The translations under genes and the position numbers were made by a program. 64,000 bases of DNA from Bacteroidales bacterium (GTDB lineage Bacteria > Bacteroidota > Bacteroidia > Bacteroidales > FEN-979): the NCBI GenBank assembly GCA_025355465.1, contig JANXZO010000070.1:3114-67113 (forward strand). The letters run 5' to 3'. Each line of letters begins with the position of its first letter. Position 1 is the first letter of the stretch. Positions 54,654 through 64,000 of this stretch are shown here, in pieces. The notes under the pieces are model-generated. The model was not told the origin of the DNA. It searched no databases and saw only the letters and a list, made by a program, of their open reading frames with translations.

Positions 54654-57203
54654 ATGAAAACTTTACAGAATACAATTGCAGGGCTAATTGTACTTGCCGT
54701 GATCTCCCTTTCCGTGCTGACACTCGTCCTGGCAGAGAAACCGTTGCCCGGCAGCCATGGGGTGATGAGAAAGGCCGGCGTTGAACCCGGCCAGGAACCC
54801 AACGACTGGATGGCCATTCAGCGCTCCTTTCCCTATGGCAGGATAAAACCGGAATCTTACCTTGCTGCCGTCAGACAAGCCGGAAACCTGATGAAATCAT
54901 CGGCTGCAACCACCCCCTGGACATTTGCAGGACCCGACAACATCGGCGGAAGGATCACCGATATTGAAGGGGTGGCCGGCGACCCGAACACCTTATACAT
55001 TGGTGCAGCGACAGGTGGTGTTTTCAAGACCACAAACGGAGGTGCGACTTGGCAAAACATGTTTGAAAATGTACCGGTGATCTCTGTAGGCGATATCGCC
55101 ATCGATCCGGGCAATCCGCTGGTCATTTATGCCGGCACCGGAGAAGCCAATGCCGCCAGCTTCAGTTTCCTCGGGAATGGCATCTATAAATCAACTGACG
55201 GAGGAGCGACATGGCAACACTGCGGGCTGGAGAATTCGGCCTATATCGGCCGGGTGCTGGTTGACTATTCAAATTCCCAGAAAATTTTCGTAGCCGCCTG
55301 TGGAAACCTCTTCACCACAAACGATCAGCGGGGTATTTATCGCAGTCTTGACGGAGGAGCTACCTGGACAAGAGTTCTTTATATTACAGATTCCACGGCC
55401 GCCATCGACATTGTTCAGCATCCTGTAAACCCTCAGATCCTTTTCGCTGCGATGTGGGAACGATCGCGCGGACTCACCTACCGTAACTCATTCGGTGAAT
55501 CATCCGGACTCTGGAAAAGTGCCGATGGCGGAACCAGCTGGACCGAAGTGGCCGGCGGATTGCCGAACGGACCCAACGTTGGAAGAATAGGCATTTCGAT
55601 TGCCAAGTCGAATCCGGACATCATGTATGCCTTCTACGACCTTCCCAACATGGAGGTGGCAGTCTACAAATCAGTGAATGGCGGCGTGGCCTGGACCCGC
55701 ACCAATGACGGCACACTGTCAGGAATGAACAGTAATTTTGGCTGGTATTTCGGGCAGGTACGTGTTGATCCGGCAGATGCCAACCGCGTTTTTGTGATGG
55801 GTGTACCCCTATACCGGTCACAGAACGGCGGTAGTTCATGGACTCCCAACTACGATCCCCATGTGGACCACCATGCCATGTATTTTCATGAGTCAACAGG
55901 AAGGATCTGGAACGGTAACGACGGAGGTCTTTATTACAGCGACACCCATGGTAATTCATGGACCAAGGTGAACAACCTTCCTTTCACCCAGTTTTATGCC
56001 ATTGATGTTGACTACACCCTTCCCGAACGGATCTATGGCGGAACCCAGGATAACAATACAATCCGTACCCTGTCCGGCGGCACATCCGACTGGGCGCCCA
56101 TACTGGGAGGTGATGGGATGTACACCCTCGTGGATTACACGAACTCCGACATCATTTATGCCGAATACCAATGGGGGAACCTGTATCGCTCCATGGACGG
56201 AGGAATGAACATGGAGTATATTGCCGGTCCCATGTCAACTGACCGGGTCAACTGGTCGGCGCCACTCGCCATGGATCCTGCAACGCCTGCGACGCTTTAC
56301 TTCGGAACGTACCGGATATGGAAGACGACGGATCGGGGCACAAGCTGGCAGCCGGTGAGCGACGACCTTACCCAGGGGATCGACAACTATTTCTATTCCG
56401 TCACCACCATCTCCATCTCAAAGATCAACCCTTTGACCGTTATTGCCGGCACCGGCGACGGAAAGGTTCACATTTCACAGAATGGCGGACTTACCTGGCA
56501 GAATATTTCGGCAGGCTTGCCGGCCCGTTGGGTGACCCATGTAGAGGCTGATCCGTTCGATGCCCAGACCATCTACGCTACCCTATCCGGATTCCGCTGG
56601 GATGAGCCGCTTCCGCATGTTTTCAAATCGGTCAACCTCGGACAGACCTGGACCGACATCTCAGGCAACCTGCCCGAATTTCCGGTAAACGACATCGTCC
56701 TGGATCCTGATCTGCCAGGCCGTATCATCGTGGGAACCGATGCCGGTGTTTATGGTACCACCGACGGTGGTGCAACCTGGAGCTACATATTTACCGGTTT
56801 ACCTGCAGTTCCGGTGTGCGCACTGGCTATTCACGGACCCTCACGCACCATTTTTGCCGGCACCTATGGTTTGTCGGCATACCGCGCCAGCTTCGACGAA
56901 ATTTTCACCGGCATCTCTGCTCCCGGATCAAGGGAGCGGTTGAATCTGACCGTCACACCTAACCCATGCTCCGGCAACGCGGCAATACATTTTTATCTGC
57001 CTGCGCAGGAACAAATGGTTCTGAAACTATACAACATGAGCGGGACACAGACCAGGATTTTCTTCTCGGGAACGCTTCAGAAAGGGAGTCAGTCGTTGAA
57101 AGTTGATCTGGGTGGAGTGCACAGCGGTTTGGCGAAGGGCACTTACCTGTTGACGGCTGAAGGATTGCATTTCTCCGGGAGTCAGAAAGTGATCATCTAC
57201 TGA
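54654..57203 (+). CDS. T9SS-secreted BNR/Sortilin-VPS10-type (GH74-like fold) repeat protein
   Basis: 849-aa ORF with about 12 Asp-box motifs (TTNGGATW, STDGGATW, SLDGGATW, SADGGTSW, SQNGGSSW, TTDRGTSW, SQNGGLTW, TTDGGATW and others). It ends in a T9SS C-terminal domain (LTVTPNPCSGNAAIHF...). Confidence 0.8.
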   Translation: MKTLQNTIAGLIVLAVISLSVLTLVLAEKPLPGSHGVMRKAGVEPGQEPNDWMAIQRSFPYGRIKPESYLAAVRQAGNLMKSSAATTPWTFAGPDNIGGRITDIEGVAGDPNTLYIGAATGGVFKTTNGGATWQNMFENVPVISVGDIAIDPGNPLVIYAGTGEANAASFSFLGNGIYKSTDGGATWQHCGLENSAYIGRVLVDYSNSQKIFVAACGNLFTTNDQRGIYRSLDGGATWTRVLYITDSTAAIDIVQHPVNPQILFAAMWERSRGLTYRNSFGESSGLWKSADGGTSWTEVAGGLPNGPNVGRIGISIAKSNPDIMYAFYDLPNMEVAVYKSVNGGVAWTRTNDGTLSGMNSNFGWYFGQVRVDPADANRVFVMGVPLYRSQNGGSSWTPNYDPHVDHHAMYFHESTGRIWNGNDGGLYYSDTHGNSWTKVNNLPFTQFYAIDVDYTLPERIYGGTQDNNTIRTLSGGTSDWAPILGGDGMYTLVDYTNSDIIYAEYQWGNLYRSMDGGMNMEYIAGPMSTDRVNWSAPLAMDPATPATLYFGTYRIWKTTDRGTSWQPVSDDLTQGIDNYFYSVTTISISKINPLTVIAGTGDGKVHISQNGGLTWQNISAGLPARWVTHVEADPFDAQTIYATLSGFRWDEPLPHVFKSVNLGQTWTDISGNLPEFPVNDIVLDPDLPGRIIVGTDAGVYGTTDGGATWSYIFTGLPAVPVCALAIHGPSRTIFAGTYGLSAYRASFDEIFTGISAPGSRERLNLTVTPNPCSGNAAIHFYLPAQEQMVLKLYNMSGTQTRIFFSGTLQKGSQSLKVDLGGVHSGLAKGTYLLTAEGLHFSGSQKVIIY

Positions 57204-57216
57204 TCCAGGATGGCTA

Positions 57217-58230
57217 TTAAACTACCAGTACTTCCGGCTCAAGGGAAACTCCAAACCGGGCGTTAACTGATTCAATGATACGGTTTGCGAGGTGGAGAAT
57301 ATCCTTCCCGGTAGCCGCTCCATAATTTACCAGCACCAGGGGCTGATGAGGATGAACACCGGCATCGCCCTCACGAAATCCTTTCCAACCGCATTGTTCG
57401 ATCAGCCAGGCAGCGGCGAGTTTGAAACTGTCGTTGTGGGCAAACGCGACGATCCCGGGATGGTCTGACGTCAGCGATTCAAGCTCTTCTGCGGTTACAA
57501 TTGGGTTTTTAAAGAAACTGCCGGCATTTCCAATCACTGCAGGGTCGGGAAGTTTACGTCGGCGGATGGCCATAATAGTGTTCCTGACATCGGCGATGGT
57601 GGGCTGCATGATGCCGGATTTTTCAAGTTCAATCCTGATGTCTCCATAATCGATGTTTAAAACCGGCTGCTTATCAAGTTTAAGACAAACACTGGTTACG
57701 ACCAACCGGTCCTTCCCCTGCTTCTTAAAAATGCTTGACCGGTAACCGAAATCGCAATCTGCAGGACGGAATGCACGATAATGACGCGCTGCAATGTCTG
57801 CCACCTCCACCGACCAGATGACATCTTTAATTTCGACTCCGTAGGCGCCAATATTCTGAACCGGAGCGGCTCCGATACTCCCCGGTATCATGGAGAGGTT
57901 CTCGATGCCTCCCCATCCATTGTCGACCGTATAATTTACAACATCATCCCACACCTCACCGGCCGCAATCTTCAGGTAAATATGACGGTCATCTTCCATG
58001 AGTTTCACGATGCCTTTGCTGCGGATGTATGCAATACTACCGGGAAAATCCTTTGTAAACAACACATTGCTCCCTCCGCCCAGAATGAGTACCGGCAACT
58101 GTTCGAGGCTGATGGTACTGTAAAAGTCCGCAATATCCTCGTCTGATCTCAGTTCGGCAAACCAGCGTGCCTTTACATCCATGCCGTAAGTGTTGTATGA
58201 CTTAAGCGATATGTTTTCGAGCAGTTTCAA
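57217..58230 (-). CDS. murB: UDP-N-acetylmuramate dehydrogenase
   Basis: FAD-binding PCMH domain (ILGGGSNVLF) and a MurB C-terminal domain. No ATG is available. The TTG at 58230 gives (M)KLLENISLKSYNTYG, which fits homologue N-termini. The maximal ORF extends to a TTG at 58248. Confidence 0.85.
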   Translation of the reverse strand: MKLLENISLKSYNTYGMDVKARWFAELRSDEDIADFYSTISLEQLPVLILGGGSNVLFTKDFPGSIAYIRSKGIVKLMEDDRHIYLKIAAGEVWDDVVNYTVDNGWGGIENLSMIPGSIGAAPVQNIGAYGVEIKDVIWSVEVADIAARHYRAFRPADCDFGYRSSIFKKQGKDRLVVTSVCLKLDKQPVLNIDYGDIRIELEKSGIMQPTIADVRNTIMAIRRRKLPDPAVIGNAGSFFKNPIVTAEELESLTSDHPGIVAFAHNDSFKLAAAWLIEQCGWKGFREGDAGVHPHQPLVLVNYGAATGKDILHLANRIIESVNARFGVSLEPEVLVV

Positions 58231-58245
58231 GTGGTTATTTTGATT

Positions 58246-58253
58246 CAAAATTA
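58246..58253 (-). promoter_or_regulatory. Bacteroidota -7 promoter motif
   Basis: The minus strand reads TAATTTTG, 15 nt upstream of the TTG at 58230. It overlaps the alternative TTG at 58248. Confidence 0.4.
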
Positions 58254-58256
58254 CGC

Positions 58257-58264
58257 TATTTTTG
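58257..58264 (+). promoter_or_regulatory. Bacteroidota -7 promoter motif
   Basis: TATTTTTG lies 23 nt upstream of the ATG at 58288. Confidence 0.45.
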
Positions 58265-58287
58265 CGAATAGAGATCCAACTCCTGAA

Positions 58288-59430
58288 ATGCCCCAGCCAG
58301 TCGCCATCGTTTCTGTAACCAATGATCTCACCACCGACCAGCGAGTGGACCGCACCTGCCGCACACTCGTAAAATCGGGCTATGATGTACTCCTTGTCGG
58401 TCGAAAACTGCGAAACAGCAAAAAGCTCGGGTCACGAATGTATGCAACGCACCGAATGCAGTTGCTTTTCGATAAAGGAGCGCTCTTTTATGCCGAGTAC
58501 AATCTGCGTCTTCTCATTTTCCTGCTGAACCGGAGAAAATCGCTGCTTGTCTCCAATGATCTGGATGTACTTCCGGCCAACTATCTTGCATTCAGGCTTG
58601 CCCATTTTTTCGGATTACGACGGGAGTCGTCGCCGGCTCTGCTTCACGACTGTCACGAATATTACCGCGGAGTTCCTGAACTGGTTGACCGCAAAACGGT
58701 TACTGCTGTCTGGAAATTGATGGAAGACCGTATTTTTCCGAAATTGAAACATGTTATTGCCGTAAACCAATCTGTGGCTGATCTCTACCATCAGGAATAC
58801 GGGAATCAAATCACGGTAATCCGCAATGTTCCCATAAAAAAGAGTGCCCGGGAAATGTTCCCGAGAATTGAACTGGGGATCAGGGAAGATCAAAAGATAA
58901 TTCTATACCAGGGCGCCATCAACGTTGACCGCGGATTGGAGGAGGCGATCATGGCCATGAAATACCTCTTGTCGGATGCAGTGTTGGTGATTGCAGGCAT
59001 CGGTGACATTTACAATAAACTGGTGTCATACACATCGGAGTCAGGCCTCACACCGAAGGTAAAATTTCTCGGTCAGGTTCCGTTTGACCAGCTGCATGCA
59101 TATACCCTGATGGCGGATCTTGGCTTGTCGATCGAGAAGGATGTAGGTGTGAATTATCATTTCGCACTCCCCAACAAACTGATGGATTATATCCAGGCGA
59201 AGGTTCCTGTTCTGGTCTCTCCTTTTCCTGAGATGAAAGCCATTGTTGATCAATACCAGGTTGGTGAACTTCTCGAAAGCCACGACCCGGTCATCCTGGC
59301 GAAACAGATCGACCGGATACTTAACGACAGGAGCAGACTGGATTTTTACAAAGCAAATCTCGGAATGGCTGCCGAAGAGCTGATCTGGGAACATGAAGAA
59401 AAAAAACTGGTTCTTATTCTTAATTCCTGA
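58288..59430 (+). CDS. glycosyltransferase family 4 (GT-B)
   Basis: GT-B C-terminal pattern (ILYQGAINVDRGLEE...; LPNKLMDYIQAKVPVLVS, an E/NK-x7-E-like motif). Start at the ATG at 58288 (MPQPVAIVSV). Confidence 0.75.
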   Translation: MPQPVAIVSVTNDLTTDQRVDRTCRTLVKSGYDVLLVGRKLRNSKKLGSRMYATHRMQLLFDKGALFYAEYNLRLLIFLLNRRKSLLVSNDLDVLPANYLAFRLAHFFGLRRESSPALLHDCHEYYRGVPELVDRKTVTAVWKLMEDRIFPKLKHVIAVNQSVADLYHQEYGNQITVIRNVPIKKSAREMFPRIELGIREDQKIILYQGAINVDRGLEEAIMAMKYLLSDAVLVIAGIGDIYNKLVSYTSESGLTPKVKFLGQVPFDQLHAYTLMADLGLSIEKDVGVNYHFALPNKLMDYIQAKVPVLVSPFPEMKAIVDQYQVGELLESHDPVILAKQIDRILNDRSRLDFYKANLGMAAEELIWEHEEKKLVLILNS

Positions 59431-59433
59431 CCC

Positions 59434-60567
59434 TTGCGCGACCCTTTCCACCTCCATATCATCTCTTTCGATGTGCCTTTTCCGCCCAATTACGGTGGGG
59501 TGATTGATGTGTACTACAAATTAAAAGCGCTTCACCGTGCCGGGGTAAAGATCCATCTGCATTGTTTCGAATACCAGCGCCAACAGGCTCCGGAGCTTAA
59601 CGAATTATGCGAAGAGGTAATTTATTATCCGCGGAGTTTCGGATTGAAACCGAACCTATCCCCGATCCCCTATATCGTGGAGAGCCGTCGTTCAGAACTT
59701 TTGATCCGGAATCTGCTGAAAGACAAATATCCCATCCTTTTCGAGGGAATTCATACCTGTTTCCATATTGGCGACTCCCGTCTGAAAAACCGTATCAGAA
59801 TTTACAGGGAGAGCAACATTGAGCACCACTATTATTACCATCTCTTTCGCTCGGAAAAAAATCTTCTTAAAAGGTCGTTTTTCCTGGTGGAAAGCATAAA
59901 ACTCAGGTACTTCGAGCGTAAGCTAAAACATGCCGACTCGATGCTCACCGTGTCGGAGGAGGATACGCGTTACCTCCGGCAAAAATTCCCCAAAAACAGG
60001 GTGGTGTATCTGCCAAGTTTTCACCGTGAAGATGTGGTGACCTCGCTGCCGGGTAAAGGAAACTATGCACTGTACCATGGCAATCTGAGCGTTCCTGAAA
60101 ACACGAGAGCTGCCGAATTCCTTATCCGGAAAGTCTGGAAAAGCAATCTTCCCGAACTGGTAATCGCCGGACTGAATCCACCCGAAGACCTTGTCAGGAT
60201 GGTTGCGGGCCAACCCAACATCAGGCTGGTACTGAACCCGGATGAAGAGCAGATGTACAGCCTGATTCGCAATGCCCATGCCAATATCATGGTCACCTTC
60301 CAGGCGACAGGCCTGAAACTTAAACTGCTCAACGCCTTGTTCAATGGTCGATTCTGTCTTGTGAACCCGGAAATGGTTTCCGGTACACCGCTGGTGGCTT
60401 TGTGCAAAGTCGCTGTGGAACCAGATGAATTCCGTAACGCCATTCTCGAGTTATTCCATCAGCAATTCACCGTTGAAATGATCAGGCAGCGGGAAGCACT
60501 GCTCATGGAAAACTACGCCAACAAAAAGAATTGTAAATTGCTGATGGATATTCTAACTTTGTCTTGA
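59434..60567 (+). CDS. glycosyltransferase (GT-B, GT4-like), apparent TTG start
   Basis: 377-aa ORF. HIISFDVPFPPNYGGVIDVYYKLKAL is typical of a conserved Bacteroidota glycosyltransferase family. There is no in-frame ATG near the 5' end. The TTG lies 3 nt after the previous stop. Confidence 0.65.
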   Translation: MRDPFHLHIISFDVPFPPNYGGVIDVYYKLKALHRAGVKIHLHCFEYQRQQAPELNELCEEVIYYPRSFGLKPNLSPIPYIVESRRSELLIRNLLKDKYPILFEGIHTCFHIGDSRLKNRIRIYRESNIEHHYYYHLFRSEKNLLKRSFFLVESIKLRYFERKLKHADSMLTVSEEDTRYLRQKFPKNRVVYLPSFHREDVVTSLPGKGNYALYHGNLSVPENTRAAEFLIRKVWKSNLPELVIAGLNPPEDLVRMVAGQPNIRLVLNPDEEQMYSLIRNAHANIMVTFQATGLKLKLLNALFNGRFCLVNPEMVSGTPLVALCKVAVEPDEFRNAILELFHQQFTVEMIRQREALLMENYANKKNCKLLMDILTLS

Positions 60568-60607
60568 TATTGGGGTTACCTTTACGCCTTCCTGAAAACA
60601 TTTTAAC

Positions 60608-61489
60608 ATGAAAAAAATTTTAGTACCCATCGATTTTTCGGGTCACACCGAGATTACCTGCCGTTATGCCATCGAACTGGCAAAAGTCAATGGTGCGGAA
60701 ATCAAGCTTTTTCATACCTATTTCGACCAGATAATCATCGCCGATACCAGTTTTCCGGATACGCTCGACATGAGTACCATCTACAACGAAGAGCTGATGA
60801 AGGAGATCTATCATCAGGCAGAGCGCAACATGACTGAATTGCATGAATCGCTCATGATCAAGCTGAAAAAAGAAAAGATCAACAATGTAACTGTTATCAC
60901 CGAAGTTGTTGGTGGGGAGGTGGAGAATGAATTAAGGCTGGTGACCAAAGAATATTCGCCCGACCTTATTGTTATGGGTACCACGGGTAAAGGTAACAAC
61001 ATCAATGTATGGGGTAAGGTTTCAACCTTTATCATCGATCATGCCAACGTTCCGGTGCTTACGGTTCCGGAGATGAAATCATACCTGGGATTCAAAAATA
61101 TTATGTTCGCCGCAGATCTTGCCGACACCAATGCGGCCATTATCTCATATCTATTCGAGCGGTTCAAATGGATTGATTTTCAACTTCATGTTGTTCATTT
61201 CCTGATCAAATCCAAACTAACTGACACGTATGACCGGATGAAAGCGCTGCAGATGAAATTCGGGAAGGAGGAGAAAGCCGGAACCATAAAGTTTGAGGTG
61301 GTTGAAGTGGGGGAAGACAATCAGAAATCGGTGGATCTTTACTGCCAGTCACGCCAAATCGACCTTATTGCATTCCATCCGCATAAACGTAGTCTTTTTT
61401 ACATGGTGTTCACCAAAAAAATTACGAAGAAGAACCTTTTCGCAACAAACATCCCGCTATTGGCGATGCCTCCGGTGAGCCAGGTTTAA
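60608..61489 (+). CDS. universal stress protein (tandem Usp domains)
   Basis: 293-aa ORF with MKKILVPIDFS..., DLIVMGTTGK and a second Usp-like half. Confidence 0.8.
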   Translation: MKKILVPIDFSGHTEITCRYAIELAKVNGAEIKLFHTYFDQIIIADTSFPDTLDMSTIYNEELMKEIYHQAERNMTELHESLMIKLKKEKINNVTVITEVVGGEVENELRLVTKEYSPDLIVMGTTGKGNNINVWGKVSTFIIDHANVPVLTVPEMKSYLGFKNIMFAADLADTNAAIISYLFERFKWIDFQLHVVHFLIKSKLTDTYDRMKALQMKFGKEEKAGTIKFEVVEVGEDNQKSVDLYCQSRQIDLIAFHPHKRSLFYMVFTKKITKKNLFATNIPLLAMPPVSQV

Positions 61490-61532
61490 TTCATCGTGTA
61501 ACATTTGTTGAAACGTAAACCGGGAAAAGGCA

Positions 61533-63035
61533 TTAATTACCCCCGATAAGTGTGTAATTTTCGTATTTGAAAATGCTCCAGTGGCTATTTTCGAATCCGT
61601 TATTTTTTGAGGTTCGGGTAAAATCGAAAGTAGCCTGCAGGGGTTTGAATTTAAAACTTCCTATACAGCGCTGAATATTAGGTCCAAAAGTCATCAGTGC
61701 ATGAAGGAAATAGGAGCCAGTCTCATACCCCTGAAAAGCGAGCGGATCCGGATCAACTTTATAAACTGAAGCATAGGATCGTACAAAATGCTTCACCCCG
61801 GCAACGTCATAATCGATAAACGAAGCGGCAATCATATGGGCCCTCAGACTCACAAGGTACTCCATGTCAAGTCCTTCCATAGCGGACCAATCCGGCAATC
61901 CAACGATCGTCAGGTTATAATCGTTGCGTAGTTCGAATAAACGGCGGGTCAGGTCGAGAACATATGCCTGATTATCGGAAAAGATGACGATGTAATTCTC
62001 TTTGTCTTTCGAGAGGCGGGAAATTAAACTCTCCTGGTTATCCACTGACACCACATTTATTTTCCGCTCAAGGCACTCCTTTTTTAGTTGTTCCGGAACA
62101 CCGCGCTCCGCAAATTGTCCATTCCGCAATACCAGGATCTGTCCACGGTAGAAGGCCGAGCTCATGTAGGAGGCCAGGTTATCCATCCTGCTTCTCTTCG
62201 ACGGTCGGACTTTAAATACCATAGGATTGCCGGTAACCACATCGCTCCGCTCGGAGATGGGATTAACAATACTGATCCTATTTCTTTCGGCAAAATCAGC
62301 AACAATTTGAAAATTAAGTGTATAGAGTAGGCCAAAGATTATGTCCATCCGTTTAAGCTCCGGATTCTTCAGCAGCTGTCGCGTTTTAACAGTGTCCTTA
62401 TCTACATCATATACCCAAAGTTTGATCTTCATGCCAGCTTTTACCAACGAATCAACAGCCATGCGAAACCCCTCATAGTACTGAATGAACTGAAATGAGC
62501 GATAGGGTTCCTCCGGTTCAACTGCTGCAGGGTCGGCACTAATCAGGTCTACATCACCAAGGTACAGCGGAAGCATAAGCGCCACATTGTAGGTTCGGCT
62601 TTTTACCGTGGCATCGTATCCGCAAGGCAGCTCCTGGGCTACCACAGTATCGGATGGTTGCAATTTTTTTTCGGAAACATTACTATTTGGCTGCGGTTCC
62701 GCCTTTTTCGCTTCATGGCCAGCCCCGGATTTTTTCGAAGGTTCCTCTCCTTTGGCCTCCCGGGAGACAGGTATCCTGATCTTTTCATCGGCCCGGATCC
62801 CGTTCTTCACCAGCGGATTTTCAGCGATCAGATCATTTACTTCCACTCCATAAGCCTTGGAAATCATATACAGGGTTTGTCCCCGCTTGATGGTGTGGAT
62901 ATAAAACTCCCTGCCATCCACCTTTTCAATTACCGTGGAACGTATCGCGTTAAGTTGATCCCGGGAGGTTTGCGAAAACCCAATGACAAATAAAAACATT
63001 AAGAGGATTACCAGAAGGTATTTAATTTTCGCCAT
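61533..63035 (-). CDS. LysM domain protein fused to a periplasmic-binding-protein (type 1)-like domain
   Basis: 500-aa ORF with a signal peptide and a LysM domain (YIHTIKRGQTLYMISKAYGVEVNDLIAENP). A low-complexity linker follows, then a region of about 350 aa resembling the Leu/Ile/Val-binding fold. Confidence 0.75.
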   Translation of the reverse strand: MAKIKYLLVILLMFLFVIGFSQTSRDQLNAIRSTVIEKVDGREFYIHTIKRGQTLYMISKAYGVEVNDLIAENPLVKNGIRADEKIRIPVSREAKGEEPSKKSGAGHEAKKAEPQPNSNVSEKKLQPSDTVVAQELPCGYDATVKSRTYNVALMLPLYLGDVDLISADPAAVEPEEPYRSFQFIQYYEGFRMAVDSLVKAGMKIKLWVYDVDKDTVKTRQLLKNPELKRMDIIFGLLYTLNFQIVADFAERNRISIVNPISERSDVVTGNPMVFKVRPSKRSRMDNLASYMSSAFYRGQILVLRNGQFAERGVPEQLKKECLERKINVVSVDNQESLISRLSKDKENYIVIFSDNQAYVLDLTRRLFELRNDYNLTIVGLPDWSAMEGLDMEYLVSLRAHMIAASFIDYDVAGVKHFVRSYASVYKVDPDPLAFQGYETGSYFLHALMTFGPNIQRCIGSFKFKPLQATFDFTRTSKNNGFENSHWSIFKYENYTLIGGN

Positions 63036-63060
63036 TTCACCATTTCACCATTTCACCATT
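63029..63060. repeat. tandem octanucleotide repeat, same unit as 44746-44793 in inverted orientation
   Basis: The plus strand reads TCGCCATT TCACCATT TCACCATT TCACCATT. The minus strand therefore reads (AATGGTGA)x3 followed by AATGGCGA, which contains the ATG at 63035. Confidence 0.9.
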
Positions 63061-63064
63061 TCCT

Positions 63065-64000
63065 CTACTCCCACTCGATAGTTGCAGGGGGCTTTGAGCT
63101 GATGTCGTAGACCACCCGGTTGACCCCTTTAACTTTGTTGATGATCTCATTGCTGACTTTGGCAAGAAATTCATGCGGGAGGTGCGCCCAGTCGGCCGTC
63201 ATCCCATCGGTGGAGGTAACAGCCCGCAATGCCACTACGTTTTCATAGGTCCGTTCATCGCCCATTACTCCAACCGACTGTACCGGCAAAAGAACGGCAA
63301 AGGCCTGCCAAACTTTATGATAAAGGTCATGGGTACGAAGTCCGGTAATAAAAATGTCGTCAACTTCCTGCAGTACCCTGATCTTTTCGCGGTCGATATC
63401 GCTGAGAATCCTCACCGCCAGTCCCGGGCCCGGAAAAGGATGCCGGTCGAGGAATTCAGGATCGAGTCCGACGGTACGACCCACCCGGCGAACCTCATCT
63501 TTAAAGAGGCTGTTCAATGGCTCAACGATCTTCAGTTTCATGTGGTCGGGCAACCCACCAACATTGTGGTGAGATTTGATGGTTGCAGATGGTCCCTTTA
63601 CAGAATGTGATTCGATGACATCGGGGTAAATAGTTCCCTGGGCCAGCCATTTAATATCCTGAATTTTATGCGATTCGGCATCAAAAACATCGATAAATGT
63701 CTTGCCGATGATCTTACGTTTCTTTTCCGGATCAACCACACCCCTGAGACGATCCAGGAAAAGGTCCGTGGCATCCACTCCGATCACATTCAGATCGAGT
63801 GTTTTGTAACGTTCCAGTACCTTTGCGAATTCGTTCTTGCGGAGCAATCCGTTATCGACAAAAATGCAGTAGAGATTTTTCCCGATGGCTTTATGCAGCA
63901 GCATGGCGGTTACGGAAGAATCCACTCCACCAGACAAACCAAGAACCACCCGGTCATTGCCAAGTTTCTGTTTAATCGAGGCAATGGTTGATTCCACGAA
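63065..64000 (-). CDS. guaA: GMP synthase (glutamine-hydrolysing), C-terminal ATP-pyrophosphatase/dimerisation part; 5' end outside the window
   Basis: [13 protein letters not shown] (PP-loop), HHNVGGLP and the C-terminal ...PPATIEWE* are present. The ORF runs off the window end. Confidence 0.95.
   Translation of the reverse strand, partial: FVESTIASIKQKLGNDRVVLGLSGGVDSSVTAMLLHKAIGKNLYCIFVDNGLLRKNEFAKVLERYKTLDLNVIGVDATDLFLDRLRGVVDPEKKRKIIGKTFIDVFDAESHKIQDIKWLAQGTIYPDVIESHSVKGPSATIKSHHNVGGLPDHMKLKIVEPLNSLFKDEVRRVGRTVGLDPEFLDRHPFPGPGLAVRILSDIDREKIRVLQEVDDIFITGLRTHDLYHKVWQAFAVLLPVQSVGVMGDERTYENVVALRAVTSTDGMTADWAHLPHEFLAKVSNEIINKVKGVNRVVYDISSKPPATIEWE

Overview
This is a dense 64-kb chromosomal segment, about 50 protein genes, that looks like a Bacteroidota genome. 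The evidence for that placement:
- Four proteins end in T9SS C-terminal sorting domains.
- Two TonB-dependent receptors carry CarboxypepD_reg-type N-domains, and DUF4249, DUF1599, DUF5606 and BT_3928-type genes are present.
- Many gene starts are preceded by perfect TAnnTTTG -7 promoter motifs, and Shine-Dalgarno sequences are almost absent.
- Class 1B dihydroorotate dehydrogenase (pyrK/pyrD) and ATP-PEP carboxykinase fit an anaerobic Bacteroidia-like lineage.

Most of the content is housekeeping:
- maeB, an aminotransferase, pckA, citrate synthase and mdh, all co-directional
- dnaN, plsY, prmA, tpiA, folP, cdaA, def, ruvX, dapD, tsaC, purB, pyrK/pyrD, murB and a partial guaA
- glycoside hydrolases (GH3, GH27), glycosyltransferases and secreted or T9SS proteins

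I recognised no rRNA, tRNA, CRISPR array, transposase or integrase by eye. I did not find a clear-cut new multi-gene defence system.

The items most worth follow-up are:
1. A three-gene Cys-motif operon: a small HYC/CC/PP-type membrane protein, a TonB-dependent receptor and a secreted HMA protein. It looks like an uncharacterised metal system.
2. Three short tandem-repeat arrays, each filling the spacer between two co-directional genes. One 8-mer unit occurs at two distant loci and supplies the downstream start codon in both; a 7-mer sits between ruvX and def.
3. A decayed accessory islet at 1.5-2.4 kb: methyltransferase-type C-terminal relics, an internally deleted Bro-N/DinD-like gene and a canonical SD.
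4. An esterase pseudogene.
5. A 1,511-aa exported protein with no domain I can recognise.
6. A GC-rich 95-nt leader upstream of dapD.

All family assignments rest on motif recognition by eye and need HMM/BLAST confirmation.
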